A program made the position numbers and the translations under genes. From assembly GCA_002327445.1 (NCBI GenBank), contig DCWA01000009.1, positions 7,181-71,180 on the forward strand: a stretch of 64,000 nt of DNA, written 5' to 3'. Below the pieces are notes generated by a model, which saw only the letters and a program-made list of their open reading frames with translations, was not told the DNA's origin and did no database searches. This document shows positions 19,644 through 27,977 of this stretch, piece after piece (the first letter of the stretch is position 1; each line of letters starts with the position of its first letter). The stretch comes from Desulfobacteraceae bacterium UBA2174. GTDB lineage: Bacteria; Desulfobacterota; Desulfobacteria; Desulfobacterales; UBA2174.

Positions 19644-20185
19644 CAGGGGACCGGTTTGGCCGGCTTCCGGGTGATGGCTTCCCATAGCGCGTCGTCCATC
19701 TCCGCCAGGCGGAACGTCCGCCGGCCGCCGTGGCGTTTCATGAAAGTTTCCACATTGGCTTCCGCCAGAGGAGTGAGGAAGGGGCCCATGGGCCCGATCA
19801 CATCGCTGCCGGCCACCCACACCACGTCGCGGGCGTCCATGGGTCGCCCGGTGAGGTACTCCTGCACCACCGGCCGCGCCAGGTCCTTATTTTCGCACCC
19901 CAGATAGATCTCCGGATGCAGCCAGGATTTGATCATGCATCCGGTGGCGCAAAAATAGTAGGTCGTGCCGTCGACAATCTGGATGGCGGCCGCGAACTTG
20001 GCATACTTGATCACCGTCATGGCGCACACCGGACAACGATCCGCCCGGTCGAGGCGCAGCGCCAGATCGGGCCCCAACGGCTGGCGGCCCGGCTTGGCCT
20101 TCGATTCACCGGCGATTGCCGGCTGTACCAGGCAGCAGCCGATCAGCACCACGATCCACCATCGCACCCATTCCTTGCGGCCCAC
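19643..20185 (-). CDS. nosL: NosL-family copper chaperone
   Basis: Signal peptide; CPVCAM, YYFC..GCM, GSDV.GPMG..L.P, F..RHGG; GGAGG RBS before GTG 20185. Confidence 0.82.
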   Translation of the reverse strand: MGRKEWVRWWIVVLIGCCLVQPAIAGESKAKPGRQPLGPDLALRLDRADRCPVCAMTVIKYAKFAAAIQIVDGTTYYFCATGCMIKSWLHPEIYLGCENKDLARPVVQEYLTGRPMDARDVVWVAGSDVIGPMGPFLTPLAEANVETFMKRHGGRRTFRLAEMDDALWEAITRKPAKPVP

Positions 20186-20338
20186 GGAGACGCCTCCTTT
20201 CACCAATGGCATCCGGCACCCGCTGAATACGGATGCCGTTTTGGAGAATATACAAAAAACAGGACCACCCTTCAAACCACCGCCCCCTGGCAGATCCGGT
20301 CTCGCCTTGCCGGCCCGTTTGTGCTTCAATGCAACGCC

Positions 20339-21025
20339 ATGGAAACGGTCGACCTGACGGCGATGCTGCTGCTGGGACTGCTGGGAACCGGCCACTGCGC
20401 GGGCATGTGCGGCCCCTTGGTGATCGCCTTTCCCGGACGCACGGGACGCGCTTCGGCCCATCTGTCCTACCATGCCGGGCGGTTGACTACCTACACGCTT
20501 CTTGGCGGCCTGGTGGGCCTTCTCGGCGGTGCCTTGCGCGGAGGGGCCGCCGCCGTGGGCGCCGATCCGCTGATCTGGGTCTCCCGCGCCCAGGTATCGC
20601 TTTCGGCGGCGGCCGCCGTGTTTCTCCTGCTCTTCGGCCTGACCCGGCTCGGGTTGGTCCGTGAGCCGGAATGGCTGGCCGTGGCCACCCCGTCCAAGGT
20701 TCCCGGGGCCGCCCGCCTGCTGCGCCGAACGCTCGCCGGGGGCGGCAATCGCCACCTGTTGGGGGTCGGCTTGCTGCTGGGACTGCTTCCCTGCGGGCTT
20801 TCCTACGCCGCCCTGGCCCGCACTTTAGCCGCCGGGCATCCGGGAACCGGCATGGCGATGATGGCGGTCTTCGGGGCCGGAACCCTGCCGGGGCTCCTGG
20901 CCCTGGGCTTTGGCGCGGGCCGGCTTTTTCAGCGCTGGCGCCGCCAGAGCGACCTGATTGCCGGAATGATCATGCTCGCCATGGCCGCGCGGCTCCTGGC
21001 CGACGCCCTGGTGGTCTGGGTCTGA
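20339..21025 (+). CDS. DsbD_2 / TauE-SafE-like membrane protein (cbb3 assembly-associated)
   Basis: GHCAGMCGP, YHAGRL.TY, GLLPCGL.Y, FGAGTLP. Confidence 0.85.
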   Translation: METVDLTAMLLLGLLGTGHCAGMCGPLVIAFPGRTGRASAHLSYHAGRLTTYTLLGGLVGLLGGALRGGAAAVGADPLIWVSRAQVSLSAAAAVFLLLFGLTRLGLVREPEWLAVATPSKVPGAARLLRRTLAGGGNRHLLGVGLLLGLLPCGLSYAALARTLAAGHPGTGMAMMAVFGAGTLPGLLALGFGAGRLFQRWRRQSDLIAGMIMLAMAARLLADALVVWV

Positions 21026-23509
21026 AGCGGCCAGGCGTTCCGAAACGGGGGCCCGCAGTAGCCGCAGCGTGTTGCCGATGACGCTGAGGCTGCTGAACAG
21101 CATGGCCGCCACCGCCACCAGCGGTGAGAGCAGCCCCGCCATGGCCACCGGGATGGCGACGAGGTTGTAGACCAGCGCCCAGGCCAGGTTCTGGGTCACC
21201 TTGCGCCGGATGCGGGCGGAAAGCTCCAGGAAAAACGGCAGGCGCCGCGGATCGGCGCCCATGAGGGTGATGTCGGCCGCCTCCCGCCCCAGCGGGTGGC
21301 CACTGAAGACGGCCACGGCCACTCGGGCTGCCGACAGGGCCGGGGCGTCGTTGATGCCGTCACCCACCATGGCCACCCGCCGGCCGGCGGCCTGGAGTTC
21401 CGCCACGTGCCGGGCCTTGTCCTCCGGGCGCATCCCGCCCCGGGCTTCCTCCACCCGCAATGCCTTCGCCACCTGCCGGACCGCGGCCGGGGCGTCCCCG
21501 GAAATGATTTCCAGGTGCAGCCCGCGGCGCCGCAAGTCGGCCATGGTGGCGGCCATCTCCGGACGCAAACGGTCTCCCGGAATGAAACTGGCCGCCGGCC
21601 GTCCGTCCGCCGAGAGCCAGATCCGGGAAGCCACCGCCTCGGCGGATCCCTCGCCGAACGGTTCTTCCAAATCCGCATCCGGGGGCCTCGCCAAGGCGAA
21701 AGCGCGGCTGCCGATCCGCCAGAGCCGGCCGTCCCACCGCCCGGACCGTCCCTCGGCCCCGCTGCCGACGTTCTCCAGGGATACCGCCGCGACCCCTTTC
21801 TCTTCCGCCAGACGCCGGATGGCATCGGCGGCGGGATGATCGCTGCCCGATTCCAGGCCCGCGGCCACGGCCAAAACGGCTTCCGGCGGCCAGGGGTCGA
21901 AGGCTTCCTCGGCCAGAACGTCCCAGCGGCCTTCGGTGACCGTTCCCGTCTTGTCGAAAACAAATGTGTCCACATCCCCGATGCGCTCGAACACCGCGCC
22001 GTCGCGCACCAGGATGCCGTGGCGGCCGGCCAGCCCGATACCCGCCACCCGGGCCAGGGGAATGGCGATGCCCAGGGCGCAGGGGCAGGTGATCACCAGC
22101 ACCGTCACCGCCCGAACCAGGGCCTCTTCCACCGGCAGGCCGAGCCCCCGCGCGACCAGCCCGGTCACGGCGGCCATGACGATCACCAACGGCACCAGAA
22201 TCCGAAGCCAGCGGTCGGTGCGATCCTCCAGGCGCGTCTTGCGGGCCAGGGCATCTTCCAGCAGGGCGATCATCTGCCCGAGGAGGGCGTCGGCGACACC
22301 GGTCTCGGCGCGAATCTCCAGGGTTTCTCCCGCCACGCGGGCCCCGCTGTAGATCCGGTCCCCGGGCCCCTTGGCCACGGGTCGAGCCTCTCCGGTCAGG
22401 GACGATTCGTCCACCCGGCTGTGGCCCGCCACGACCACTCCGTCCACCGCCACCATCTCTCCGGCGCCGGCCAGCAGCACATCTCCCGGCTTGATCTGAT
22501 CGGAGGGAACGTAGCGCCCCGAGGCGAATCCCGGCGCCTTGAGGCGCACCTTGGTGGGCTGCAGGCTGAAGAAGCTCTCCAGCGTGGCCCGCACCCGGTC
22601 GCGAGCCCGGGATTCCAGGGTCTTTCCCAGCAGCACCAGCGTGACGAGCATGGCGGCGGTGTCGAAATATAGATGGATACTGCCCGCCAGCAGGTTGACC
22701 GTACTGTAGCCGAAAGCGCTCAGCGCCCCCACGGCCACCAGGGTTTCCATGCCCGGCGAGGCCCCGGCCAGACCGTGCCAGGCCTTGCGCAGGATGTCCC
22801 GCCCGCCGTACCCGAGCACAACCAGCGACAAGAGAAAACTGGGCCAGGAGAGATAGGTGACGGCCTCCGGCGGCAGGCGGGTGAAAAATCCCGAGTAGAG
22901 GGAAAATTGGAGCATCATCACGTTGAGGGTGAGAAAGATCGTCACCAGCAGGCGCCAAAGCTGCCGCCGCGACTCCGCGGCCACCTCCGTCTGCCCATCG
23001 GCGGGCCGGTAGCCCAACGAGCGGATCGTCTCGACGAGAGACGCCGGTGCGGTGCGCCGCGGGTCGTAGCCGATCCGCACCCGGTCGGCGGCGAAACTGC
23101 ATGCCGCCCCGAGGACCCCCGGGGTTTTGTTCAGGGCCTCCTCGATGACCCAGGCGCAGGCCGGGCACCACATGCCGGAAACCCGCAGGTTCAGCGCCAG
23201 CCCGTTTTCCCCGTCTGGCGCCGGCGGCCATTTCGCCTCCGGAGCGGCCGTCGGGGCCGCCTGGTAGGCGCCCCGGGCCAATTCCGCCTCGCTGCTCGGA
23301 ATGACGCCAAGTTCCCGGCAGCGCTGAAAGATGTCCGACCGGCGAAAGGCCTCCGGATCGACGCAGCCGGTGGCTTCCGCCAGCATGGCGAACACCTGCC
23401 GGCAGCCGAGGCAGCAAAAGTGATAGCGCCGCCCGCCCTCGTCGAGGTCGCAGCGGCTGTAGCGGAGGGTGAATCCACACAGATCACAGGACTCGGGAGA
23501 ACCGGTCAT
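20825..23509 (-). CDS. ccoI: Heavy-metal (Cu) P1B-type ATPase, CcoI/FixI-like
   Basis: N-terminal CxxC...FCC.GC, HMA GMWCPAC, TGE, CPC, DKTGT, HP, GDGINDAP. Confidence 0.9.
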   Translation of the reverse strand: MTGSPESCDLCGFTLRYSRCDLDEGGRRYHFCCLGCRQVFAMLAEATGCVDPEAFRRSDIFQRCRELGVIPSSEAELARGAYQAAPTAAPEAKWPPAPDGENGLALNLRVSGMWCPACAWVIEEALNKTPGVLGAACSFAADRVRIGYDPRRTAPASLVETIRSLGYRPADGQTEVAAESRRQLWRLLVTIFLTLNVMMLQFSLYSGFFTRLPPEAVTYLSWPSFLLSLVVLGYGGRDILRKAWHGLAGASPGMETLVAVGALSAFGYSTVNLLAGSIHLYFDTAAMLVTLVLLGKTLESRARDRVRATLESFFSLQPTKVRLKAPGFASGRYVPSDQIKPGDVLLAGAGEMVAVDGVVVAGHSRVDESSLTGEARPVAKGPGDRIYSGARVAGETLEIRAETGVADALLGQMIALLEDALARKTRLEDRTDRWLRILVPLVIVMAAVTGLVARGLGLPVEEALVRAVTVLVITCPCALGIAIPLARVAGIGLAGRHGILVRDGAVFERIGDVDTFVFDKTGTVTEGRWDVLAEEAFDPWPPEAVLAVAAGLESGSDHPAADAIRRLAEEKGVAAVSLENVGSGAEGRSGRWDGRLWRIGSRAFALARPPDADLEEPFGEGSAEAVASRIWLSADGRPAASFIPGDRLRPEMAATMADLRRRGLHLEIISGDAPAAVRQVAKALRVEEARGGMRPEDKARHVAELQAAGRRVAMVGDGINDAPALSAARVAVAVFSGHPLGREAADITLMGADPRRLPFFLELSARIRRKVTQNLAWALVYNLVAIPVAMAGLLSPLVAVAAMLFSSLSVIGNTLRLLRAPVSERLAASDPDHQGVGQEPRGHGEHDHSGNQVALAAPALKKPARAKAQGQEPRQGSGPEDRHHRHAGSRMPGG

Positions 23510-23530
23510 GCCAGGAGTCCTGCCGGGATT

Positions 23531-24052
23531 TCAGGGTTCACTGACGCCGAGGGATTGCACATAGGCGACGATCTGCCACCGCTGGGGCACCGGAATGGTG
23601 GTGGCCAGGGGCGGCTGACGGCCTCCGGGAATGCCGTAGCTGATTTCCTTGAAGATCGTGCCGGGCGCCAGGGCCTGGACGCGCCGGCTGCGGAGGGGGG
23701 CGGGCAGGGGGGCGAAGCTCTGGCCCACGGTGCCGTTGCCGTCGTGGAATTTGCCGTGGCACTGGGCGCAAAACAAGGCGTAGCCGTGGGCGCCCGCCGC
23801 CACGGTTTCCGGGTCGCTCAGATCGAAGGGGGCCGCCAGTTGCTCCCCGGTCCGGTCGCGGTAGAGCGCCTCTCCCCCGCTGAAAGGCACCATGCCGGCA
23901 GGCATGACCGGCATCCGGTGTTCGTAAGGCCGCACGGAGGGTGTCTCCCACATGCGCCCGGGGGAAAAGCGAAGGTCGTAGAGGGTGAGGACGATATAGG
24001 CCGTCAGCCCCACCATGCCCAGAACGGTCCCCGCCAAAAAGATGCGTTTCAT
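23531..24052 (-). CDS. Membrane-anchored monoheme cytochrome c (ActE-like)
   Basis: CAQCH; GRM..TPSV.PYE and P.G.VP pattern resembling ActE; position in the act/cco operon. Confidence 0.75.
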   Translation of the reverse strand: MKRIFLAGTVLGMVGLTAYIVLTLYDLRFSPGRMWETPSVRPYEHRMPVMPAGMVPFSGGEALYRDRTGEQLAAPFDLSDPETVAAGAHGYALFCAQCHGKFHDGNGTVGQSFAPLPAPLRSRRVQALAPGTIFKEISYGIPGGRQPPLATTIPVPQRWQIVAYVQSLGVSEP

Positions 24053-24250
24053 CTATTCCCCCTTGGCGCCGCGCACGTGCTGAGGATAGGGCATGGTTTC
24101 ATACGCGGCGTAAGGAGACTCGGCCGGAATGTCGCGCACCGGTCGGTAGTCCCAGTCGGGGGGGCCGAGATCCCCCACCAGGGCGAAGGTGAACATTACC
24201 TTGGCCACGATGAAGGTCGCCAGTAGAGCGACGACGATCCAGGTCTTCAT
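24053..24250 (-). CDS. Small membrane protein
   Basis: MKTWIVV... one TM plus PPDWDY; abuts the cytochrome c start. Confidence 0.6.
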   Translation of the reverse strand: MKTWIVVALLATFIVAKVMFTFALVGDLGPPDWDYRPVRDIPAESPYAAYETMPYPQHVRGAKGE

Positions 24251-24281
24251 TGCCGATGGTGCATGCCTTCGGGCTTCCATG

Positions 24282-24557
24282 TCAGATCCTCACTTGGAGC
24301 AGGCCGACGGCCAGAGTGTACCCCAGGGCCCAGACCAGGGTGCCGGCGATGATCAGGATCAGGGCCAGGGGAAAGGGGGCGTCGCGCTCCCCGATGTCCG
24401 ACGGGTAGCGCTGGATGATGGTTTGGGTGCGTTCTTCGTTGTCGGGGCGGTAAAAGGCACTGTAGCCGAGGCTCAGGCCCACCAACACCACGAAGATCAA
24501 TGCCGGAAAAAAATAAAGGACCACATATTGAAAATTGAGCAGCGCGAAATATCGCAT
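24282..24557 (-). CDS. Small two-TM membrane protein
   Basis: GGGAGG RBS, two hydrophobic helices, operon position. Confidence 0.7.
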   Translation of the reverse strand: MRYFALLNFQYVVLYFFPALIFVVLVGLSLGYSAFYRPDNEERTQTIIQRYPSDIGERDAPFPLALILIIAGTLVWALGYTLAVGLLQVRI

Positions 24558-24609
24558 GGTCGGCCTCCCTTTCGATTCGTCGGCCCTTTTCCTTGCCGGC
24601 TGAATGGAT

Positions 24610-24683
24610 CACAAAGGCACAAAGACCACAAAGTGAAAGAAACCGAGTGCTTCCCTGTGGTCGCTTTTCCCTGTGCCTTTGTG
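24610..24683. repeat. Short-period repeat hairpin (CACAAAG x3 with inverted CTGTG/CTTTGTG arm)
   Basis: CACAAAGGCACAAAGACCACAAAG ... CTGTGCCTTTGTG in intergenic space. Confidence 0.75.
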
Positions 24684-24703
24684 TAAGGACAACAGGTTGA
24701 AAA

Positions 24704-24964
24704 TCAGCCGGACAGGAGCGCGAAGGCCAGCACCGCCACCGTGCCGGCCAGACCGATGGCCACCACCAATGCCAGGCCGTAGACTTCCAACCGCCCGCGG
24801 CGGGTCAGCGCCGGGGCGTCGGTTGCGGGTGGATCGCCGGCCAGCGGCAGGAAACGGGCCCGCTGCTGGTCGCCGAACTGCCCGTTGTGCAGGGCCCAGC
24901 CGGCCACCAGCAGCGCCAACCCCAGGCCGACGATCATGTAAGTGGCAAAATACGGAAAATACAT
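24704..24964 (-). CDS. ccoS: cbb3-type oxidase assembly protein CcoS
   Basis: TM followed by WALHNGQF.D (W..GQFDD-like signature). Confidence 0.85.
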   Translation of the reverse strand: MYFPYFATYMIVGLGLALLVAGWALHNGQFGDQQRARFLPLAGDPPATDAPALTRRGRLEVYGLALVVAIGLAGTVAVLAFALLSG

Positions 24965-24972
24965 GGATGGCT

Positions 24973-25010
24973 CCTGCCCTTTGGGTCCCTTTTGTCCCTT
25001 ATGTCTTTTC
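24973..25010. repeat. 9-bp-period tandem array (GTCCCTTNN)
   Basis: TGCCCTTTGG GTCCCTTTT GTCCCTTAT GTCTTTTC between ccoO and ccoS. Confidence 0.65.
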
Positions 25011-25024
25011 TTCTTTTGTTCTTT

Positions 25025-25957
25025 TCACGGTTCATACGCGGCGTCGATTCCCCGCGGCTCGGTGTTGGCGTCGCTCTGGTCGATGAAGTATTCGGCCACG
25101 TAGTTGCCCACATCCCAGATCTTCTCCGATTCCAGATCCTTCTTGAAGTACGGCATGGCCGTGCCGGTGATGCCGTTCATGATCTGGTAATATAGGATGC
25201 CGCCGGAGGTTTCGCGACCCTTGAGAACGGTGAAATTCAACGGCGGCGGATAGATCCACGGCTGGACCGGCCCCACCCCGTCGCCCACCGGACCGTGGCA
25301 GCCAAGGCAGAAATCCTGGTAGAGCTTCCGCCCCCGGGCCAAGCCGGCCGGGCTGGTGGGATAGGGGTTGGGCAAATCGCGCCATCCCTGGGGAACGTGC
25401 TGGTTGAGCCAGGCCACATTGGCCTCTGGCCCGGCTTCGTAAGCGCGCACGGCTTCGTTTTTCCAGCGCCGCTGGCGCGCCATGCGCCGGTCGGCTTGCT
25501 GCATGCCCAAACCCTGGATGTAGGCCGTGAGAGTATCGATCTTTTCGGTGCCCAAAAAGGCGAATGGCGGCATGATGGAATTGGGCCGGGTGTAACGCGG
25601 GTTGATGAAATGGGCCAGGTGCCAGTCGTCCGGATGCTCCCCGCCCTCCTGGGAAAGATCCGGGCCGGTGCGTGACGATCCGAGCAGGATGGGCCGGTCG
25701 GCGATGTAGTCGCCGACCCTGGCGATGCGCTCGGCGCCCATGCCCCAGTCGATGGTGCGGATCGACTGGGTGTGGCAATAGACGCAGCCGTTGGCGATGT
25801 AGAGCCGGCGGCCGGCGGCCTCCAGCTCGGTGCGCTCGCGATAGATCTCCGAAGGCGTCGTTTGGCGCGTGACCCAGGGAACCCAGATGGTCACGAACAC
25901 CACGGCTGCCAGGATGGTCAGGCTGCCGATCACCACTGCCCGGGGCGTCATCTTCAT
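25025..25957 (-). CDS. ccoO: cbb3-type oxidase subunit II (CcoO) fused to a second c-type cytochrome domain
   Basis: GR..YIANGCVYCHTQ.IR, GSSRTGPDL, WHLAH..NPR...P.SIMP; second CLGCH and TAMP.F. Confidence 0.9.
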   Translation of the reverse strand: MKMTPRAVVIGSLTILAAVVFVTIWVPWVTRQTTPSEIYRERTELEAAGRRLYIANGCVYCHTQSIRTIDWGMGAERIARVGDYIADRPILLGSSRTGPDLSQEGGEHPDDWHLAHFINPRYTRPNSIMPPFAFLGTEKIDTLTAYIQGLGMQQADRRMARQRRWKNEAVRAYEAGPEANVAWLNQHVPQGWRDLPNPYPTSPAGLARGRKLYQDFCLGCHGPVGDGVGPVQPWIYPPPLNFTVLKGRETSGGILYYQIMNGITGTAMPYFKKDLESEKIWDVGNYVAEYFIDQSDANTEPRGIDAAYEP

Positions 25958-27321
25958 GCGGCGGCCCCCCGTTGTCCGTAAAGCGTGCGAAAAACGTTGT
26001 AAAATCCGATCACCGCGCTCGAAAAAAGAATCGCCCCCAGCGAGGCCCGCAAGACGTAGTAGGGGTACAGGGACGGCAGCACCCGGTACACCGTTTCCCC
26101 GTTGAGCCAGGCCTGGCCCTGGATCAACCCCACAATGGTGAGCACCACCGCGAATCCCGCCGAACCGAGGAGCACCAGCCAGTACTGCAGATCGGCCAGC
26201 AGGCGGCTGTGCAGCGGCCGGCCGGCGATGCGGGGCAGAACGAAGTAGAGGCCGCCAAGGGCGATCATCCCCGAGAAGGCCAGCACGCCGATGTGGGCGT
26301 GGCCCACCACCCAGTTGTTGAAATGGGTGACCCGCTGCACCTGGGGCAGAGCCATCATCGACCCCTGGATACTGGCGAAAAAGTACATGATGGTGCCGGT
26401 GAAGACGAACTTGGCGCCCACGTCGGCGTGAATTTCGCCCAGGCGCCCCTGGGCGGTGTACCAGAGGTTGATCAGCACCACCATCACCGGAATCACCATG
26501 CCGATGCTGTCCACGATGGAGATCACCTTGAGCCAGGTGGGCACCGGCACCTGCAGCAGGTGATGGGTGCCGATGTGGGTGTAGACCACGAAGAGCGACC
26601 AGAACCCCACCAGGGACAGGGTATGGCTGTAAAGCGGGTTGCGGCAGGCCTTGGGAATCACGTAGTAGGCCACCCCCAGCGACAGCGGGGTCAGCAGCAG
26701 CCCGAAGATGTTGTGGCCGTAGAACCAAAGCAGGATGGCGTCCGGAATGCCCACCAGGGAACCGGTGTCGGGGACCCAGACGACGTTGCCCAGCACGTAG
26801 GTGGCACCGGTGAGGGCGATGGCCGCGCAGGCGTACCACACCGAGACATAGAGCAGTGGCTCCCGCCGCCGCGCCACCGTCATGATCAGGTTGATGAACA
26901 CCAGGATGAACACCATCACCACGAGCAGGTCCACCGGCCAGATCATCTCGGCGTACTCCCGCCCTTGGGTGGCGCCGGCCAGCAGGGTCGACACTGCCGC
27001 CACCAGCGCGATGTTCCAGAAGCCCGCCGTCACCAGGCCGAGCCGCTCGCTGTAAAGCTCGGTGCGCAGCAACCGGGGCACGAAATAGAAGACGGCCCCC
27101 AGCAGCCCCGGGGTCACGAAGCCGAAAAGGACCAGGTTGACGTGCACGGGGCGAATCCGGCCGAAGTGCAGCCAGCCGATGCGCACAATATCCGGAGCGA
27201 TGAGCTCGGTGGCGCCCAGCAGCCCCATGAAGGTGGCCACCACCATCCAGAAGGCCGAGGTGATGCAAAAGGCGCGGGCCGTTTCATAAGGTTCGGGCTG
27301 CAGTTTGCCAGTGGCGGACAA
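25954..27321 (-). CDS. ccoN: cbb3-type cytochrome c oxidase subunit I
   Basis: FGRIRPVHVN, GREYAE, WFYGHN, Y...GTHH, WVVGHAH; probable TTG start after AGGAG. Confidence 0.93.
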   Translation of the reverse strand: MSATGKLQPEPYETARAFCITSAFWMVVATFMGLLGATELIAPDIVRIGWLHFGRIRPVHVNLVLFGFVTPGLLGAVFYFVPRLLRTELYSERLGLVTAGFWNIALVAAVSTLLAGATQGREYAEMIWPVDLLVVMVFILVFINLIMTVARRREPLLYVSVWYACAAIALTGATYVLGNVVWVPDTGSLVGIPDAILLWFYGHNIFGLLLTPLSLGVAYYVIPKACRNPLYSHTLSLVGFWSLFVVYTHIGTHHLLQVPVPTWLKVISIVDSIGMVIPVMVVLINLWYTAQGRLGEIHADVGAKFVFTGTIMYFFASIQGSMMALPQVQRVTHFNNWVVGHAHIGVLAFSGMIALGGLYFVLPRIAGRPLHSRLLADLQYWLVLLGSAGFAVVLTIVGLIQGQAWLNGETVYRVLPSLYPYYVLRASLGAILFSSAVIGFYNVFRTLYGQRGAAA

Positions 27322-27344
27322 CTCGCGTTCTCCTTGCGTGATGC

Positions 27345-27977
27345 TCAATTGTGGCATGCCAGCCAGCAGTCGAGGTTGGCGTTGCGCGTCCGGTGACACT
27401 CGACGCAAAACCCCATGCGGAAAGGCTCTCCCGTGAGCCGATCCTGCTGTTCCACGGCGCCGTGACAGTTCTGGCAGGCGATTTCCTTTCGAATGTGGCG
27501 CTGGTGGTTGAACAGCACGTGCTCGGGCAGGTAGAAGACCTTGCGCCAAGGGGTGGGCGTGACTGTGTCGAAGTACGCGTGCTCCTTACGGATCTCCGGA
27601 AAATTGGCGATGATGTGGTTGTGGCAGTAAAGGCACTTTTCCACCGGCGGCAGGCCCGGATGGTTGGAGCGGCCCGCGTAGGGATGACAGAATTCGCACT
27701 GGATGGCCTTGACGTTCACGTGGAGCCGGTGGCTGAAGGCGATGGGTTGCACCGGTCCGCGGGCCGCGGCCGGGGGCATGTAGAACCAGTAGAGAAACCC
27801 GGCCGTCAGGATGACGCAGAGGGAGATCCACAGGATGGGCCAGCGGTTGCGCCAGAGCGTCTCGCGGCGGGAGGCCGCGGCCGCCAGGGAGCGCATCGGC
27901 CGGCCGCCGGTGGCGACCACCACCGCCGCCAGGGCCAGAACGATCAGGGCAACAGTGGAGACGATGATTTCCATCAT
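27345..27977 (-). CDS. actA: Membrane-anchored pentaheme cytochrome c (ActA/QrcA-like)
   Basis: QPIAFSH..H, CEFCH, CLYCH, W.KV..LPEHV.FNH..H, CQNCH, MGFCVECH, CWLACH. Confidence 0.88.
   Translation of the reverse strand: MMEIIVSTVALIVLALAAVVVATGGRPMRSLAAAASRRETLWRNRWPILWISLCVILTAGFLYWFYMPPAAARGPVQPIAFSHRLHVNVKAIQCEFCHPYAGRSNHPGLPPVEKCLYCHNHIIANFPEIRKEHAYFDTVTPTPWRKVFYLPEHVLFNHQRHIRKEIACQNCHGAVEQQDRLTGEPFRMGFCVECHRTRNANLDCWLACHN

Noticed and set aside
19643-20185. nosL as evidence of N2O respiration
   Set aside because: No nosZ/nosD/nosR in the window; NosL-family genes occur outside denitrification
25025-27268. 747-aa ORF suggesting a CcoN-CcoO fusion
   Set aside because: The N-terminal 437 codons are an alternate frame of ccoN; ccoO starts at 25957 with an ATGA overlap
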